Of a stretch of DNA of 49,095 bases, positions 38,933 through 48,981 are shown in pieces. The notes beneath the pieces are model-generated. The model made no database searches and was not told where the DNA came from. It was given only the letters and a program-made list of their open reading frames with translations. Numbering within the stretch: the first letter of the stretch is position 1; each line of letters begins with the position of its first letter. The stretch is from an uncultured Acidobacteriota bacterium (GTDB taxonomy: Bacteria; Actinomycetota; Acidimicrobiia; Spongiisociales; ZC4RG35), in NCBI GenBank assembly GCA_963828465.1, contig CAWHEU010000011.1, forward strand, positions 1 to 49,095. The letters run 5' to 3'. The position numbers and the translations under genes are program-made.

Positions 38933-40288
38933 GTGGATCGACGAATCTTCGGGCTGGAGAACGAGTACGGGGTGACCTGCACGTTGCGCGGGCAACGCCG
39001 GCTCAGCCCTGACGAAGTCGCCCGATATCTCTTCCGGCGCGTCGTTTCCTGGGGCCGGTCGTCGAACGTGTTCCTCGAGAATGGAGCTCGGCTGTATCTC
39101 GATGTCGGCTCGCATCCGGAGTTCGCCACACCCGAGTGCGACAACCTCGAGGACGTCGTGGCTCACGACAAGGCGGGGGAGAGGATCCTCGAGGGCTTGG
39201 TCCGCGGCGCCGAGGAGAGACTCGAGGAGGAGGGGATCCGGGGCGAGATCTACGTCTTCAAGAACAACACCGACAGCGCCGGCAACTCCTACGGATGTCA
39301 CGAGAACTACCTGGTCAGCCGGCACAAGGACTTTCACCGGACTGTCGACGTGCTCATACCCTTCCTGGTCACCCGACAGATCTTCCTCGGCGCCGGGAAG
39401 CTGACCCAGACACCCCGGGGCACCGCCTACTCGATCGCCCAGCGTGCGGATCACATCTGGGAGGGCGTCTCCTCGGCCACCACGCGTTCCCGCCCGATCA
39501 TCAACACCAGGGACGAGCCGCACGCCGACGCCGAGCGGTATCGCCGTCTCCACGTGATAGCGGGTGACTCGAACATGTCCGAATACGCGACTTTCGTCAA
39601 GGTGGGGACGATGGTCGCCCTCCTTCAGATGATCGAGCGCGACGTGGTGTTCCGGGACCTGTCACTGGAGAACCCGATCCGCGCCATCCGGGAGGTCTCC
39701 CACGACGTCACCTGCAGACGCAAGATCAAGCTCGCCAACGGCCGGGAGCTCTCTGCCCTCGACATCCAGTGGGAGTATCTCGACCGGGCCATGAGATTTG
39801 CCCGGAGCCCGGGGTTCCCGCCGGAGGTTCAGGGTGCCATCGATCGCTGGGAGCACCTGCTCACCGGTCTGGAGAAGGATCCGATGACCCTCGACCGCGA
39901 AGTCGACTGGGTGATCAAGCACCGTCTCCTCGAGCGGTATTCCGACCGGAGGGGCGTTCCAATGTCCGATCCGCGGATGTCGATGATGGACCTGAGCTAT
40001 CACGACGTCGATCGCAAGCGCGGGCTCTACTACCTCCTCGAATCCAAGGGTCTCGTGGATCGCGTCGTCACCGACGAGAAGGTCGCACTGGCGGTGCGTC
40101 AGCCACCACAGACGACAAGGGCCCGGCTCCGTGGAGCCTTCATCAAGGCGGCAAAGGCACGCAAGCGGGACTTCACCGTCGACTGGGTACACCTCAAGCT
40201 GAACGATCAGGCGCAACGCACCGTGATGTGCAAGGACCCGTTCAAGGCACACGACGAGCGGGTCGAGAAGCTGATAGAGAGTCTTTGA
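38933..40288 (+). CDS. pafA: Pup-protein ligase
   Basis: [67 protein letters not shown] -10 lies 6 nt before the GTG. Confidence 0.98.
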   Translation: MDRRIFGLENEYGVTCTLRGQRRLSPDEVARYLFRRVVSWGRSSNVFLENGARLYLDVGSHPEFATPECDNLEDVVAHDKAGERILEGLVRGAEERLEEEGIRGEIYVFKNNTDSAGNSYGCHENYLVSRHKDFHRTVDVLIPFLVTRQIFLGAGKLTQTPRGTAYSIAQRADHIWEGVSSATTRSRPIINTRDEPHADAERYRRLHVIAGDSNMSEYATFVKVGTMVALLQMIERDVVFRDLSLENPIRAIREVSHDVTCRRKIKLANGRELSALDIQWEYLDRAMRFARSPGFPPEVQGAIDRWEHLLTGLEKDPMTLDREVDWVIKHRLLERYSDRRGVPMSDPRMSMMDLSYHDVDRKRGLYYLLESKGLVDRVVTDEKVALAVRQPPQTTRARLRGAFIKAAKARKRDFTVDWVHLKLNDQAQRTVMCKDPFKAHDERVEKLIESL

Positions 40289-40344
40289 GCCTGCGGCTCA
40301 AAGACTCTCGGTCGTAGGTCCTAAGTCGTAGGTTGAAGGTACGC

Positions 40345-41268
40345 ATGCAGAACGTCGTCGAGAGGGTGATCAACCTCCTCATCTATCTCCTCGACTCGCC
40401 CAGTCCGGTTACCGCCGATCAGGTTCGACAGACTGTCGCCGGGTACGGGGAGCAGAGCGATGATGCGTTCCACCGGATGTTCGAGCGCGACAAGGACCTT
40501 CTGAAGCGAATGGGCATACCCCTCGAATTGAGGCCGACTGACAAGTGGGAGATCGACTTCGGGTACACCGTCGACCCTGACGAGTATGCAATACCGGACC
40601 CCGGGCTCAACGAGCAGGAACGGGTAGCACTCTCGGTGGCGGCCCGCATGGTCCGTCTCGGGGGCACGAATGCCGGTCTGGCGGGCCTGCTCAAGCTGGG
40701 AGGGGTAGAGGTCGGCGCCGGCATCGAGCCGCTGGCCGCCGATCTCGGCGCCGAGGCGACGGTGCTGGGCGACCTGTTTCTCGCCGTTAGCGAACGCCGA
40801 AAGCTGGAATTCGAATACGGAGGCTCCAAACGGCTGCTCGACCCATACGGCATCGCTCACAGGCGGGGGCACTGGTATCTAATCGGCCAGACCGCCGATG
40901 GTGAGCGGGTCTACAGGGTCGATCGCATCTCTCATGTGGAGGTTGGGAAGCAAGCCGGCGCCTTTGTTCGGCCGAAGCGTTTTCAGGTGAAGCGAGCCAT
41001 GAGCAAACATCCGTGGGAGGCGGGGACAGATGAAACCGTTGATGCAACCGTCAGGTTCGACCCCGATGTGGCGTGGTGGGCGGCCCGGCATCTCGGGGTC
41101 GATGTCCACGGCGACGGCTACCTGGAAGTCGAGTTGGCAGTCGCCAATCGCGACGCGTTCATCGGCTGGGTGCTCGGCTTTGGCCCTGACGCCGAGGTTC
41201 TCGCCCCGACCGAGCTGAGACAAGAGGTGCTGGCGCGAGTGGAGGCAGCGGTCGAGGCAGCCCGATGA
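40345..41268 (+). CDS. pafB: WYL-domain transcriptional regulator PafB
   Basis: ERVINL, AFHRMFERDKDLLKRMGIP wHTH; HWYLIG..YRVDRI WYL domain. Confidence 0.92.
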   Translation: MQNVVERVINLLIYLLDSPSPVTADQVRQTVAGYGEQSDDAFHRMFERDKDLLKRMGIPLELRPTDKWEIDFGYTVDPDEYAIPDPGLNEQERVALSVAARMVRLGGTNAGLAGLLKLGGVEVGAGIEPLAADLGAEATVLGDLFLAVSERRKLEFEYGGSKRLLDPYGIAHRRGHWYLIGQTADGERVYRVDRISHVEVGKQAGAFVRPKRFQVKRAMSKHPWEAGTDETVDATVRFDPDVAWWAARHLGVDVHGDGYLEVELAVANRDAFIGWVLGFGPDAEVLAPTELRQEVLARVEAAVEAAR

Positions 41269-42194
41269 CCAGCGACCGCACCGTCACCCGTCTGTCCCGC
41301 ATCCTCGCCCTCATCCCCTACGTGTTGGCCAAGGAGGGAGCGAAGGTGAGCGAGATCCTGGAGCGATTCGACTACACGGAAGCCGAGCTCACCCGGGACC
41401 TCAACACAGTGTTCTTCTGTGGGCTTCCCGGCTACACGCCGGGCGATCTCATGGAGGCATATATCGATGGTGACGAAGTCATCATCGACGCCGCCGACTA
41501 CTTCGCACGGGCGCCACGGCTCACTTCGATGGAAGCGTTGGGCCTGATAGCCGCCGGTATGGCGATCCTCGGCTCCGGTCAGGGCTCGCCGGAGCTGGGG
41601 ACAGCGGTCGCCAAGCTGACCAAGGCGCTCCTGCCCGATGCCGACACCGCCATCGACGTGGATGTGTCAGGAGATTCGGAGAATCTGGCTGCCCTGAAGG
41701 AGGCCGCCACGAATAGAAACGTTGTCCGGATCACCTATCGATCTCTCGCCCATGAGGAGGAGACGGTGCGGGATGTCGAGCCGTGGGCGGTGGTCACGAC
41801 ATTGGGCAACTGGTATGTCCACGGTCACTGCCGGATGGTGGATGCCGAGCGTGTCTTCAGGGTCGATCGAATACGACAAATGCAGGTCCTCGATGAGGAG
41901 TTCGAACGCCCCGAGAAATTGACCGACCCGGGGATCGGGTACACGCCGTCCGACGACGACATCGCAGCAAGGATCAGGCTCACTCCGGCGGCGAAGTGGG
42001 TCCTCGACTATTACCCCGTCGATGTGCTCAAGGAGACCAAGACCGGGACAGAGATCCGGTTCACGTCGGCCGATGCCGAGATTCCCGCGCGTCTCCTGCT
42101 CCGTCTCGGCTCCGAGGCGCGACTTTTGGAGGGCGATGAGGTGCGTGAACGGGTCGCTGCCATCGCTGGGGCCTTGCGGGCCAGGTACCGATAA
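41265..42194 (+). CDS. pafC: WYL-domain transcriptional regulator PafC
   Basis: RILALIPY, CGLPGYTPGDL, WYVHGHC..FRVDRI. Confidence 0.92.
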   Translation: MTSDRTVTRLSRILALIPYVLAKEGAKVSEILERFDYTEAELTRDLNTVFFCGLPGYTPGDLMEAYIDGDEVIIDAADYFARAPRLTSMEALGLIAAGMAILGSGQGSPELGTAVAKLTKALLPDADTAIDVDVSGDSENLAALKEAATNRNVVRITYRSLAHEEETVRDVEPWAVVTTLGNWYVHGHCRMVDAERVFRVDRIRQMQVLDEEFERPEKLTDPGIGYTPSDDDIAARIRLTPAAKWVLDYYPVDVLKETKTGTEIRFTSADAEIPARLLLRLGSEARLLEGDEVRERVAAIAGALRARYR

Positions 42195-42281
42195 GGGGTC
42201 TTGCGACCTAGGGCCGTGGGCTACAGATTCGTGCCTGCTCTGCCGATCACCCCTCTTGACATGGGAGACCGGAGACCAGGG

Positions 42282-42572
42282 ATGACGACCATCAAGACAA
42301 CTTGCACCCGATGCGGTGACATCCATCTCACACCGGACGACGTAGCGCTGGAGCTGCGTCCTGGTGGCCGAGAAGGTGACTATCGCTTCAATTGCCCGAC
42401 CTGCACCGAGCCCCAGCGCAGACCGGCGAATTCCCGGGTAGTGAGTGTTCTGTTGGCAACGGGGGTCGCCTTTGAGGTCATCAACCCTGATCCGATCACC
42501 GAAAGAGAGATCGATGCGTTTGTCGCTGCCCTAGAAGCGGAATCGGATCCATTCCGCCTCCTGGCCGGCTGA
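42282..42572 (+). CDS. Small zinc-ribbon protein (CxxC...CxxC)
   Basis: MTTIKTTCTRCGD...YRFNCPTC; GGAG SD; followed by a terminator. Confidence 0.75.
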   Translation: MTTIKTTCTRCGDIHLTPDDVALELRPGGREGDYRFNCPTCTEPQRRPANSRVVSVLLATGVAFEVINPDPITEREIDAFVAALEAESDPFRLLAG

Positions 42573-42626
42573 CAAAACCCTCATCTCTTCGATGAGCACC
42601 AAAGGGCAAGGTGCTCTCGACACACG

Positions 42627-42660
42627 AAGGGTGGCGATCCTCAGGATCGCCACCCTTTCT
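42627..42660 (+). terminator. Intrinsic terminator-like hairpin
   Basis: 14-bp perfect stem AAGGGTGGCGATCC/GGATCGCCACCCTT followed by TCT. Confidence 0.75.
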
Positions 42661-42704
42661 CGTGGGCAGCGTCCAACGGAGAGGTAGCAAGTACCCTCAA
42701 GCGA

Positions 42705-43073
42705 ATGCTCCAGGGTGGCGAGATCATCATCATTCTCTTGCTCGCACTCGTTGTGCTCGGCCCGACCAGGCTTCCCGAGTTGGCAAAGAAGCTGGGGGAG
42801 TGGACTGCGGAGCTGAGGTCGGCGGCCCGTGACCTGCGACGGGGGCTCGAGGCCGAGGTAGCCGATATCAAGCAGGTCGGCGAGGACCTCAAAGCCCCAC
42901 TCGACGAGCTGAAGAAGTCCTCTGACGAGGTCCGCAAGGGAATCGAGGAGTCAGGCGTGAGCCGGCTCGATTGGGAGGGGCCAAAGCCGATCTCCGGACC
43001 CACCCCGGCCGACGCAATGGCAGACCTCGAGGAGATCGAGAAGAAAGCAGCCGAAGAGGGCCCACAGCGGTGA
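42705..43073 (+). CDS. tatB: Twin-arginine translocase TatA/TatB family subunit (TatB-like)
   Basis: GEIIIILLLALVVLGPTRLPE plus an amphipathic helix; adjacent to tatC. TatA versus TatB is uncertain. Confidence 0.7.
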   Translation: MLQGGEIIIILLLALVVLGPTRLPELAKKLGEWTAELRSAARDLRRGLEAEVADIKQVGEDLKAPLDELKKSSDEVRKGIEESGVSRLDWEGPKPISGPTPADAMADLEEIEKKAAEEGPQR

Positions 43074-43783
43074 TCGAGGACAAGCCCCAGTCCATCCTCG
43101 CCCATCTCGAGGAGCTCCGGTGGCGTGTCGTCAAGATCTTCATTGGGGTGTTGGTTGGGGGCGCTATAGCCCTGATCTTCTCCGACCAGTTGCGCGTCAT
43201 CCTCGAGGCTCCGTTCCACGCGGCGGCGCCGGAAAACGAGTTGCAGACTCTCGCCGCCACCGAGCAATGGGGAGTCTTGATGCGGATCGGGCTCTTCGGA
43301 GGGGTGATCCTGGCCAGCCCTGTGGTCCTGTATCAGTTATGGGCCTTCATCCAACCCGCCCTCACCTCGAAGGAGCGCAACTGGGCATGGCCCATTGTGG
43401 GGGCCCTCGTCGTCCTCTTCGTGGGAGGCGTCGTTTTCGGATATCTCACGCTGCCCCGTGGGCTCGAGTTCCTCCTACAGATCTTCCCGGATGTGGAAAC
43501 CAACCTCCGACTCGGCGACTACTACTCGTTCACACTTCGCTTCCTGCTCGCTTTCGGGCTCGCCTTTCTCTTCCCGGTCTTCCTCTTCGCAGCAGCGGCC
43601 GCCGGGATCATCACTTCCAAGCAGCTCGCGAAGGGGCGACGATGGGCGATCCTGATCATCGTCATCGGCGCGGCGCTCATAACGCCCAGTGGAGACGCGT
43701 TCAGTCTCCTGGTCCTGTCCGTTCCCCTCTACCTGATGTACGAGGCCACCTACTGGCTGGTCCGTCTGGTCCTCAGGAAATGA
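43070..43783 (+). CDS. tatC: Twin-arginine translocase subunit TatC
   Basis: HLEELRWR, YQLWAFIQPAL..KER, ALITPSGD, PLYLMYE. Confidence 0.96.
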   Translation: MIEDKPQSILAHLEELRWRVVKIFIGVLVGGAIALIFSDQLRVILEAPFHAAAPENELQTLAATEQWGVLMRIGLFGGVILASPVVLYQLWAFIQPALTSKERNWAWPIVGALVVLFVGGVVFGYLTLPRGLEFLLQIFPDVETNLRLGDYYSFTLRFLLAFGLAFLFPVFLFAAAAAGIITSKQLAKGRRWAILIIVIGAALITPSGDAFSLLVLSVPLYLMYEATYWLVRLVLRK

Positions 43784-43785
43784 GT

Positions 43786-43829
43786 CCCCCCTCCCCGCCT
43801 GCGGCGGTACTCCCCCCTACAGGGGGAGA
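43786..43829. repeat. REP-like double hairpin filling the tatC-helicase spacer
   Basis: CCGCC-TGC-GGCGG and CTCCCCC-CTACA-GGGGGAG stems; single copy in this window. Confidence 0.45.
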
Positions 43830-43830
43830 A

Positions 43831-46374
43831 ATGACCCCACTGGACGAATTCTGGGGACAACTCCCGTTCCGGGCGGATGACTTTCAGGTGGAGGCGGCAG
43901 AGGCAGTGTCCGAGGGCAATTCGGTCGTGGTGACTGCGCCCACCGGGGCAGGAAAGACGCTGGTGGCCGAGGCGGCGATCCATCTCGCGCTCTCACGGGG
44001 GGAGCGCTCTTTCTACACCACTCCCATCAAGGCATTGTCCAACCAGAAATTCTCGGATTTCGTGGCAGGATACGGGCCGGAACGGGTCGGACTGTTGACC
44101 GGGGACAACGTGATCAACGGGGATGCCGAGATCGTCGTCATGACGACCGAGGTGCTCCGCAACATGATCTATGCCGAGGGAACCCGGCTCGACAAGGTTG
44201 GTCTCGTGATCCTGGACGAGGTTCACTATCTCCAGGACAGGACCAGGGGCGCCGTCTGGGAGGAGGTGATCATCCACGCCCCCCAGGATCTTCAGCTGGT
44301 CTGTCTCTCGGCGACCGTGTCCAACAATCAGGAGTTCGCGGCATGGGTGGGTGAGCGGCGGGGACCGACGCGTCTCATCGCCACCGACCATCGCCCTGTG
44401 CCCCTCGAATCGATGTACATGATCAGAGACCGAATGGGGGCACAGACCCTGCACCTACTCCCCACCTTTATCGAGCGTGAGGGCAGGAGGCGGCCCAATC
44501 CACGGATCGAACACATGCTCGGCCTGGAACGAGGCCGACGCCGCCGATTCAAGAGCCCGAATCGGATCGAAACCGTGGAGCGACTCGCGGAGGAGGGGAT
44601 GCTTCCCGCGATCTTCTTCATCTTCAGCAGGGCGGGTTGCGATGCCGCAGCCCATCGTCTCGTCGATGCCGGCGTCCGACTGACCGACCCCACCCAGCGG
44701 GCATCGATACGGGAGATCGCCGAGACGCGGACGGCCCACCTCGGGGACCAAGACCTGACTGTGCTCGGGTACGACCGTTGGATCGCCGGTCTCGAGGCCG
44801 GAGTGGCCCCTCATCACGCTGGACTGGTCCCCGCCTTCAAGGAGACCGTGGAAGAGCTGTTCGAGGCCGGGTTGTTGAAAGTGGTGTTCGCCACCGAGAC
44901 GCTGGCGCTGGGGATCAACATGCCGGCGCGGACTGTCGTGCTGGAGTCGCTCTCCAAGTTCAACGGCGAGACCCACGAGCTCATGCGACCAGGTGACTAC
45001 ACCCAATTGACGGGCAGGGCCGGGCGGAGAGGAATCGACGTCGAAGGATATGGAGTGGTGTTGCACTCGCCATTCGTCCGCTTCGGCTCGGTCACAGAGG
45101 TTGCCTCCATCGGCTCGCATCCGCTTCGATCGAGTTTCCGACCCACCTACAACATGACGGCGAACCTCGTCGCCAACTACAGCCAGGAGCAGGCGGAGGA
45201 GCTGCTCGAGGCCTCCTTCGCCGCGTTCCAACGCGAGGGCGACAAGCACGCCGCTGATACGACCATCGAGGCACTGGAGCACTCCCTGGAGAAAGAGGAG
45301 TCAGCGGCGCATTGCGAGCGGGGACCAGTGGAGGAGTACATGGCGCTCGTGGAGTCTGCTCAGCCAGAGGGCCACAATGACCGGATCTCGTCGATTCTCG
45401 GGGCGGGTCAAGTAGTAGATGTCCCCGGCGGTGCCCGCGATGGACGCTATGTGATCCTGAAGCGACTCGCCCGAAAGGACGGTGGCGCCAGATACCTGGT
45501 TCTTGCCACGTCGGGACGGGTCTCGACCATCGGGTATCGCGACGTCGTGGATGGGTCCACGATTGTCACAGAGTTGGAGATCCCTCTCCCTGTGCGGCCG
45601 AAGGACCGAAGGTACGTCCAGGATCTCCTACGGATGCTGCGACGTGTGCCACCACGCGAGTCGAGCAAGGAGATCCGCAAGCACCCGATCATCGACCACC
45701 CGGTCGCAGGATGCCCGGATGCAGCCCGGCATCTCGCCGCCGCTCGCCGTGCGGTGCGGATTCGGCGCAAGCTGGAGCAATTTCGAACAGTCCGCAGAAG
45801 CTCGGGCCATGGCCTGGTGGAGGAGTTCGATGGCATCCGCCGCCTGTTGGAGGACCTGGGCTACCTCGAGGGTTGGCAGCTGGCCGAGCGAGGTCAGCGG
45901 CTCCGAGGGATCTACAACGAATCCGATCTCCTTCTCACCGAATCACTCGAGCAGGGCCTCTTCTACGGTCTGGAGCCGGCTGAGGTCGTCGCCCTCACAT
46001 CGGTGTTCGTATACGAGCCGAGAACCGACACGGCGTCCCTAGCCGAGTGGCCAACCGCCGTTCTGGCCGAGCGTTGGGAGGAACTGGATCTTCTCTGGAA
46101 GGATCTGGTCGATCGGGAACGATCACTCCGTCTCACGCCGACCCGACGCCCCGACCCCGGGTTCGGCATCCAGGCCTACGAGTGGGCATCGGGTGCCGAC
46201 TTCGACGATTTGACCAGCAAGGGGATGGCTCCAGGGGACTTCGTTCGTGTCTCACGCCAACTCGTCGACCTGGTACGTCAACTGCGGGATAGCGCGCCCG
46301 GTCTTCGTGAGGAGGCCGTCGCTGCTCTTAGGGCGATCGACCGAGGGGTGGTCGCCGCTCAGGGAGTCGGCTAA
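43831..46374 (+). CDS. helY: Ski2-like DExH RNA helicase (HelY)
   Basis: APTGAGKT, TPIKALSNQK, DEVH, SAT, FATETLALGINMPA, QLTGRAGRRG, DSHCT-like C-terminus. Start is ATG 43831. Confidence 0.92.
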   Translation: MTPLDEFWGQLPFRADDFQVEAAEAVSEGNSVVVTAPTGAGKTLVAEAAIHLALSRGERSFYTTPIKALSNQKFSDFVAGYGPERVGLLTGDNVINGDAEIVVMTTEVLRNMIYAEGTRLDKVGLVILDEVHYLQDRTRGAVWEEVIIHAPQDLQLVCLSATVSNNQEFAAWVGERRGPTRLIATDHRPVPLESMYMIRDRMGAQTLHLLPTFIEREGRRRPNPRIEHMLGLERGRRRRFKSPNRIETVERLAEEGMLPAIFFIFSRAGCDAAAHRLVDAGVRLTDPTQRASIREIAETRTAHLGDQDLTVLGYDRWIAGLEAGVAPHHAGLVPAFKETVEELFEAGLLKVVFATETLALGINMPARTVVLESLSKFNGETHELMRPGDYTQLTGRAGRRGIDVEGYGVVLHSPFVRFGSVTEVASIGSHPLRSSFRPTYNMTANLVANYSQEQAEELLEASFAAFQREGDKHAADTTIEALEHSLEKEESAAHCERGPVEEYMALVESAQPEGHNDRISSILGAGQVVDVPGGARDGRYVILKRLARKDGGARYLVLATSGRVSTIGYRDVVDGSTIVTELEIPLPVRPKDRRYVQDLLRMLRRVPPRESSKEIRKHPIIDHPVAGCPDAARHLAAARRAVRIRRKLEQFRTVRRSSGHGLVEEFDGIRRLLEDLGYLEGWQLAERGQRLRGIYNESDLLLTESLEQGLFYGLEPAEVVALTSVFVYEPRTDTASLAEWPTAVLAERWEELDLLWKDLVDRERSLRLTPTRRPDPGFGIQAYEWASGADFDDLTSKGMAPGDFVRVSRQLVDLVRQLRDSAPGLREEAVAALRAIDRGVVAAQGVG

Positions 46375-47259
46375 TTGCCCAAATGGCATGTCTATGTGAA
46401 TCGGGCCGCTGGAAGGAAGGCGTCCGAGCCTGCGGAGATCCGCGATCTGCTCCGAGAGATCGGCCTCGACTTCGATCTGCACGCCCCAGACTCACCGGAT
46501 GAGACGAGCGCCCTCATAGAGGAGTCCGCACGGTCCGGGGCAACTCATTTCGCCGTTGCCGGCGGGGACGGCACTGTCAATCTGGCGGTGAACGCCCTCA
46601 TGCCTCTCGGTCTGGCGGCTCCGCCCGTGATCGGGGTGTTGCCCGTCGGCACTGGCTGTGACCTTCTGCGCACCTTCGGGTTGCCACGGGATGTGGCAGG
46701 GGCGGCCCGCCATCTGACCACCGACGCGGTCTACGACATCGATGTGGGGACTTTGGAGGGCAGCTGGGGGCTTCGCTATTTCGTCAACGTCGCTCAGACC
46801 GGGGTGGGGGCCGCCGCCGTCCAAACGGCTATGTCTCTTGGCCGTCGACTTGGAGCGGCTCGATATCCGCTCGCGTTTGTGGCTCGGCTTCCCGGGTTCC
46901 CCAGGGCGAAGGTCAAAGTCATCACCGAGCGGCGCACGATCGAATCGGAGGCCCTGGCGGTGATCCTGGCCAACGCCCAGTTCTTCGCCGGCGGCTGGAA
47001 CGTTGCCCCCAAGGCGATGCTTGTCGATGGGGCCTTGGACGTCCAGATCATCAACTGCCGCAAGACGTCCGCCCCCGCCCTCGTGCCCAAGGTGATCAAG
47101 GGCACTCATCTCAGCGATCCTGCAGTGCGAAGGCTCTCGGCAGCCGAGTTCAGCATCGAGACGGACCCGCCGTGGCCGGTCGAATGCGACGGCGATCTTG
47201 TGGGGAATACAGCGGTTAAAGGCCGTGTTATCCCCGCCGCGATCAGTCTGAAGATCTGA
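46375..47259 (+). CDS. Diacylglycerol/lipid kinase family protein (YegS-like)
   Basis: VNRAAG, AGGDGTV, LPVGTGCDL, FFAGG, ECDGD. Confidence 0.9.
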   Translation: MPKWHVYVNRAAGRKASEPAEIRDLLREIGLDFDLHAPDSPDETSALIEESARSGATHFAVAGGDGTVNLAVNALMPLGLAAPPVIGVLPVGTGCDLLRTFGLPRDVAGAARHLTTDAVYDIDVGTLEGSWGLRYFVNVAQTGVGAAAVQTAMSLGRRLGAARYPLAFVARLPGFPRAKVKVITERRTIESEALAVILANAQFFAGGWNVAPKAMLVDGALDVQIINCRKTSAPALVPKVIKGTHLSDPAVRRLSAAEFSIETDPPWPVECDGDLVGNTAVKGRVIPAAISLKI

Positions 47260-47313
47260 GACGAAGGCGATTTATACTCCCGCGCCGCCAAGGGGCTGAA
47301 AGCCGAGTGGACG

Positions 47314-47789
47314 ATGGCTAGAGAAAAAGTAGAAGAGATCACCGAAGAACCCGAAGACGACCTCGTCGACGTGCCCGAGGAGGAACCCGACGAGGACGCG
47401 ATTCCAGACCTCGATGAGGATCTAGAGGACGAAGCAGATCTCGAGCCCGAAATCGAGGACGAAGCATTCGAAGAGGAAGACGAGTCGGAAGAAGCCGACT
47501 ACGACGCCGGGGAGGACGAGGACGACGACGAGCAGGACGAGGAGACGACCGAGGCGCTCGAAGAGCTGGAGAGCGAGGAACTCCAGCTGCTCGATGAAGA
47601 GGCGGGAGAGGCCCTTCTAGTCGACGAAGCCGAGGAGCTCCCGCCATCCGCCGCGAGGAGCTGACTATGAACGTCGACGCCCAGCTGCAGAGGTCGGACG
47701 AGTTCGTTTGCCAGAATTGCTTCATGGTGAAGAGGACGAGCCAGCTGGCCAATCGCAAGAAGATGCTGTGCGTGGACTATGCCTCCTGA
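47314..47789 (+). CDS. Highly acidic protein with a C-terminal Cys domain (DUF4193-like); one frameshift near 47641
   Basis: An Asp/Glu-rich tract followed, in a shifted frame, by [54 protein letters not shown] -10 at 47273. Confidence 0.65.
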
Positions 47790-48542
47790 CCGGGTAACGG
47801 TCGCCATCCCCACGTACAACGAGAAAGAGAACCTCCCCGAAATCTCGAAGGCAGTAACCGCCCACGGTTACCGGCTCCTCGTTGTGGATGATTCGTCCCC
47901 CGACGGGACAGGTGAGCTCGCCGATGTCTAGCCCGCGAGGACGGCCTGATCTCGGTGCTCCATCGCTCGAAGAAGGAGGGGTTGGGTCCGGCATACGCGG
48001 CCGCCTTCGACCAGGCATTGGCGGATGGAGCCGAGATCGTCATCGAGATGGACGCCGACTTCTCTCACGATCCAGCCGACCTGCCCCGTCTGGTGGAGGC
48101 GATCGACAAGGTGCAGATCTGGCCATCGGATCCCGGTATGTCCAAGGGGGAGACACCCCGGATTGGCCCCTAACGTATCGCCTCATCTCCAAGGGCGGCA
48201 ATCTCTACGCCCGGATCATGCTCGGGATCCCGGCACACGACGCCACAGCCGGATTCCGCGCCTACTGGGGCCGAGGCGTTGCAGAACCTCCCTTACCGCG
48301 CTGCGCAGGCCTCTGGCTACGCCTTCCAGGTGGAGATGGCCATGCGGGCCTACGAGAACGGGTTGCGCGTCGTCGAGGTCCCGATCACCTTTCGCGATCG
48401 TACCAGAGGCACCTCGAAGATGGAGACCGAGATCGTCGTGGAGGCGATGAGACTGGTGACGGTGTGGGGTTGGCAGCGAGCGGTGCGAGGAGCGCGCTCG
48501 CGGGGGCGTGAGCGTTACCGCCAGGCTGGCGGGCCTGGATGA
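47779..48542 (+). pseudogene. Polyprenol-phosphate mannose synthase (Ppm1-like GT2), multiply frameshifted
   Basis: [55 protein letters not shown] and GYAFQVEM are spread across different frames. Confidence 0.8.
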
Positions 48543-48981
48543 TGTCTCCGCATTGGCAGGGCTGTATCGGGGCCTGGAGGAGGAAATGACTGCTCTTCAC
48601 CCGATGCGGCCAATGGCCGACGGTCTCGCTGAGCCCGTCGCATCGTCGTTCGAACGCCCTCGAGGATCCCGAGGGTCTCGTGGTGATAGGGGAATTGGAC
48701 GGGTATCCGTTCGGGTTCGTCACCGCCAGGTCGAGGAGATCCTGCCCCAGGCCAAGGGGGAGAAGGTCGGCTCGATCCGCCTCATCTATGTCGAGCCTGA
48801 CGCCAGAGAGGTCGCCCTCGGTGAGGAGATGCGTGAGTTCGTGATGGATCTCCTCCGTAAACGTGGGATTTCGAAGTTCGATGCGCACGTCCTCCCCGGT
48901 CACCGCCTGGCTAAGAACTTCTTCGAGGCAGGAGGCTTCTCCGCCCGTTCCATCATCATGCACCACGATGACGAGCGTTGA
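48508..48981 (+). CDS. GNAT family acetyltransferase (with internal compensating frameshifts)
   Basis: IYVEPDAREVALG and KNFFEAGGF. Residues encoded at about 48656-48730 read better in another frame (ALEDPEGLVVIGELDGYPFGFVTAR). Confidence 0.75.
   Translation: MSVTARLAGLDDVSALAGLYRGLEEEMTALHPMRPMADGLAEPVASSFERPRGSRGSRGDRGIGRVSVRVRHRQVEEILPQAKGEKVGSIRLIYVEPDAREVALGEEMREFVMDLLRKRGISKFDAHVLPGHRLAKNFFEAGGFSARSIIMHHDDER

Noticed and set aside
40345-42194. WYL proteins as a sign of an anti-phage defence island
   Set aside because: Their position after pafA and their motifs identify them as the housekeeping PafB/PafC pair.
43120-43830. Apparent 237-aa N-terminal extension making a 1084-aa helicase
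   Set aside because: It overlaps tatC out of frame and is low-complexity. Helicase similarity begins at ATG 43831.
47340-47640. GAG/GAC/GAA-rich low-complexity DNA as a tandem repeat
   Set aside because: It is explained by Asp/Glu codons and has no fixed period.
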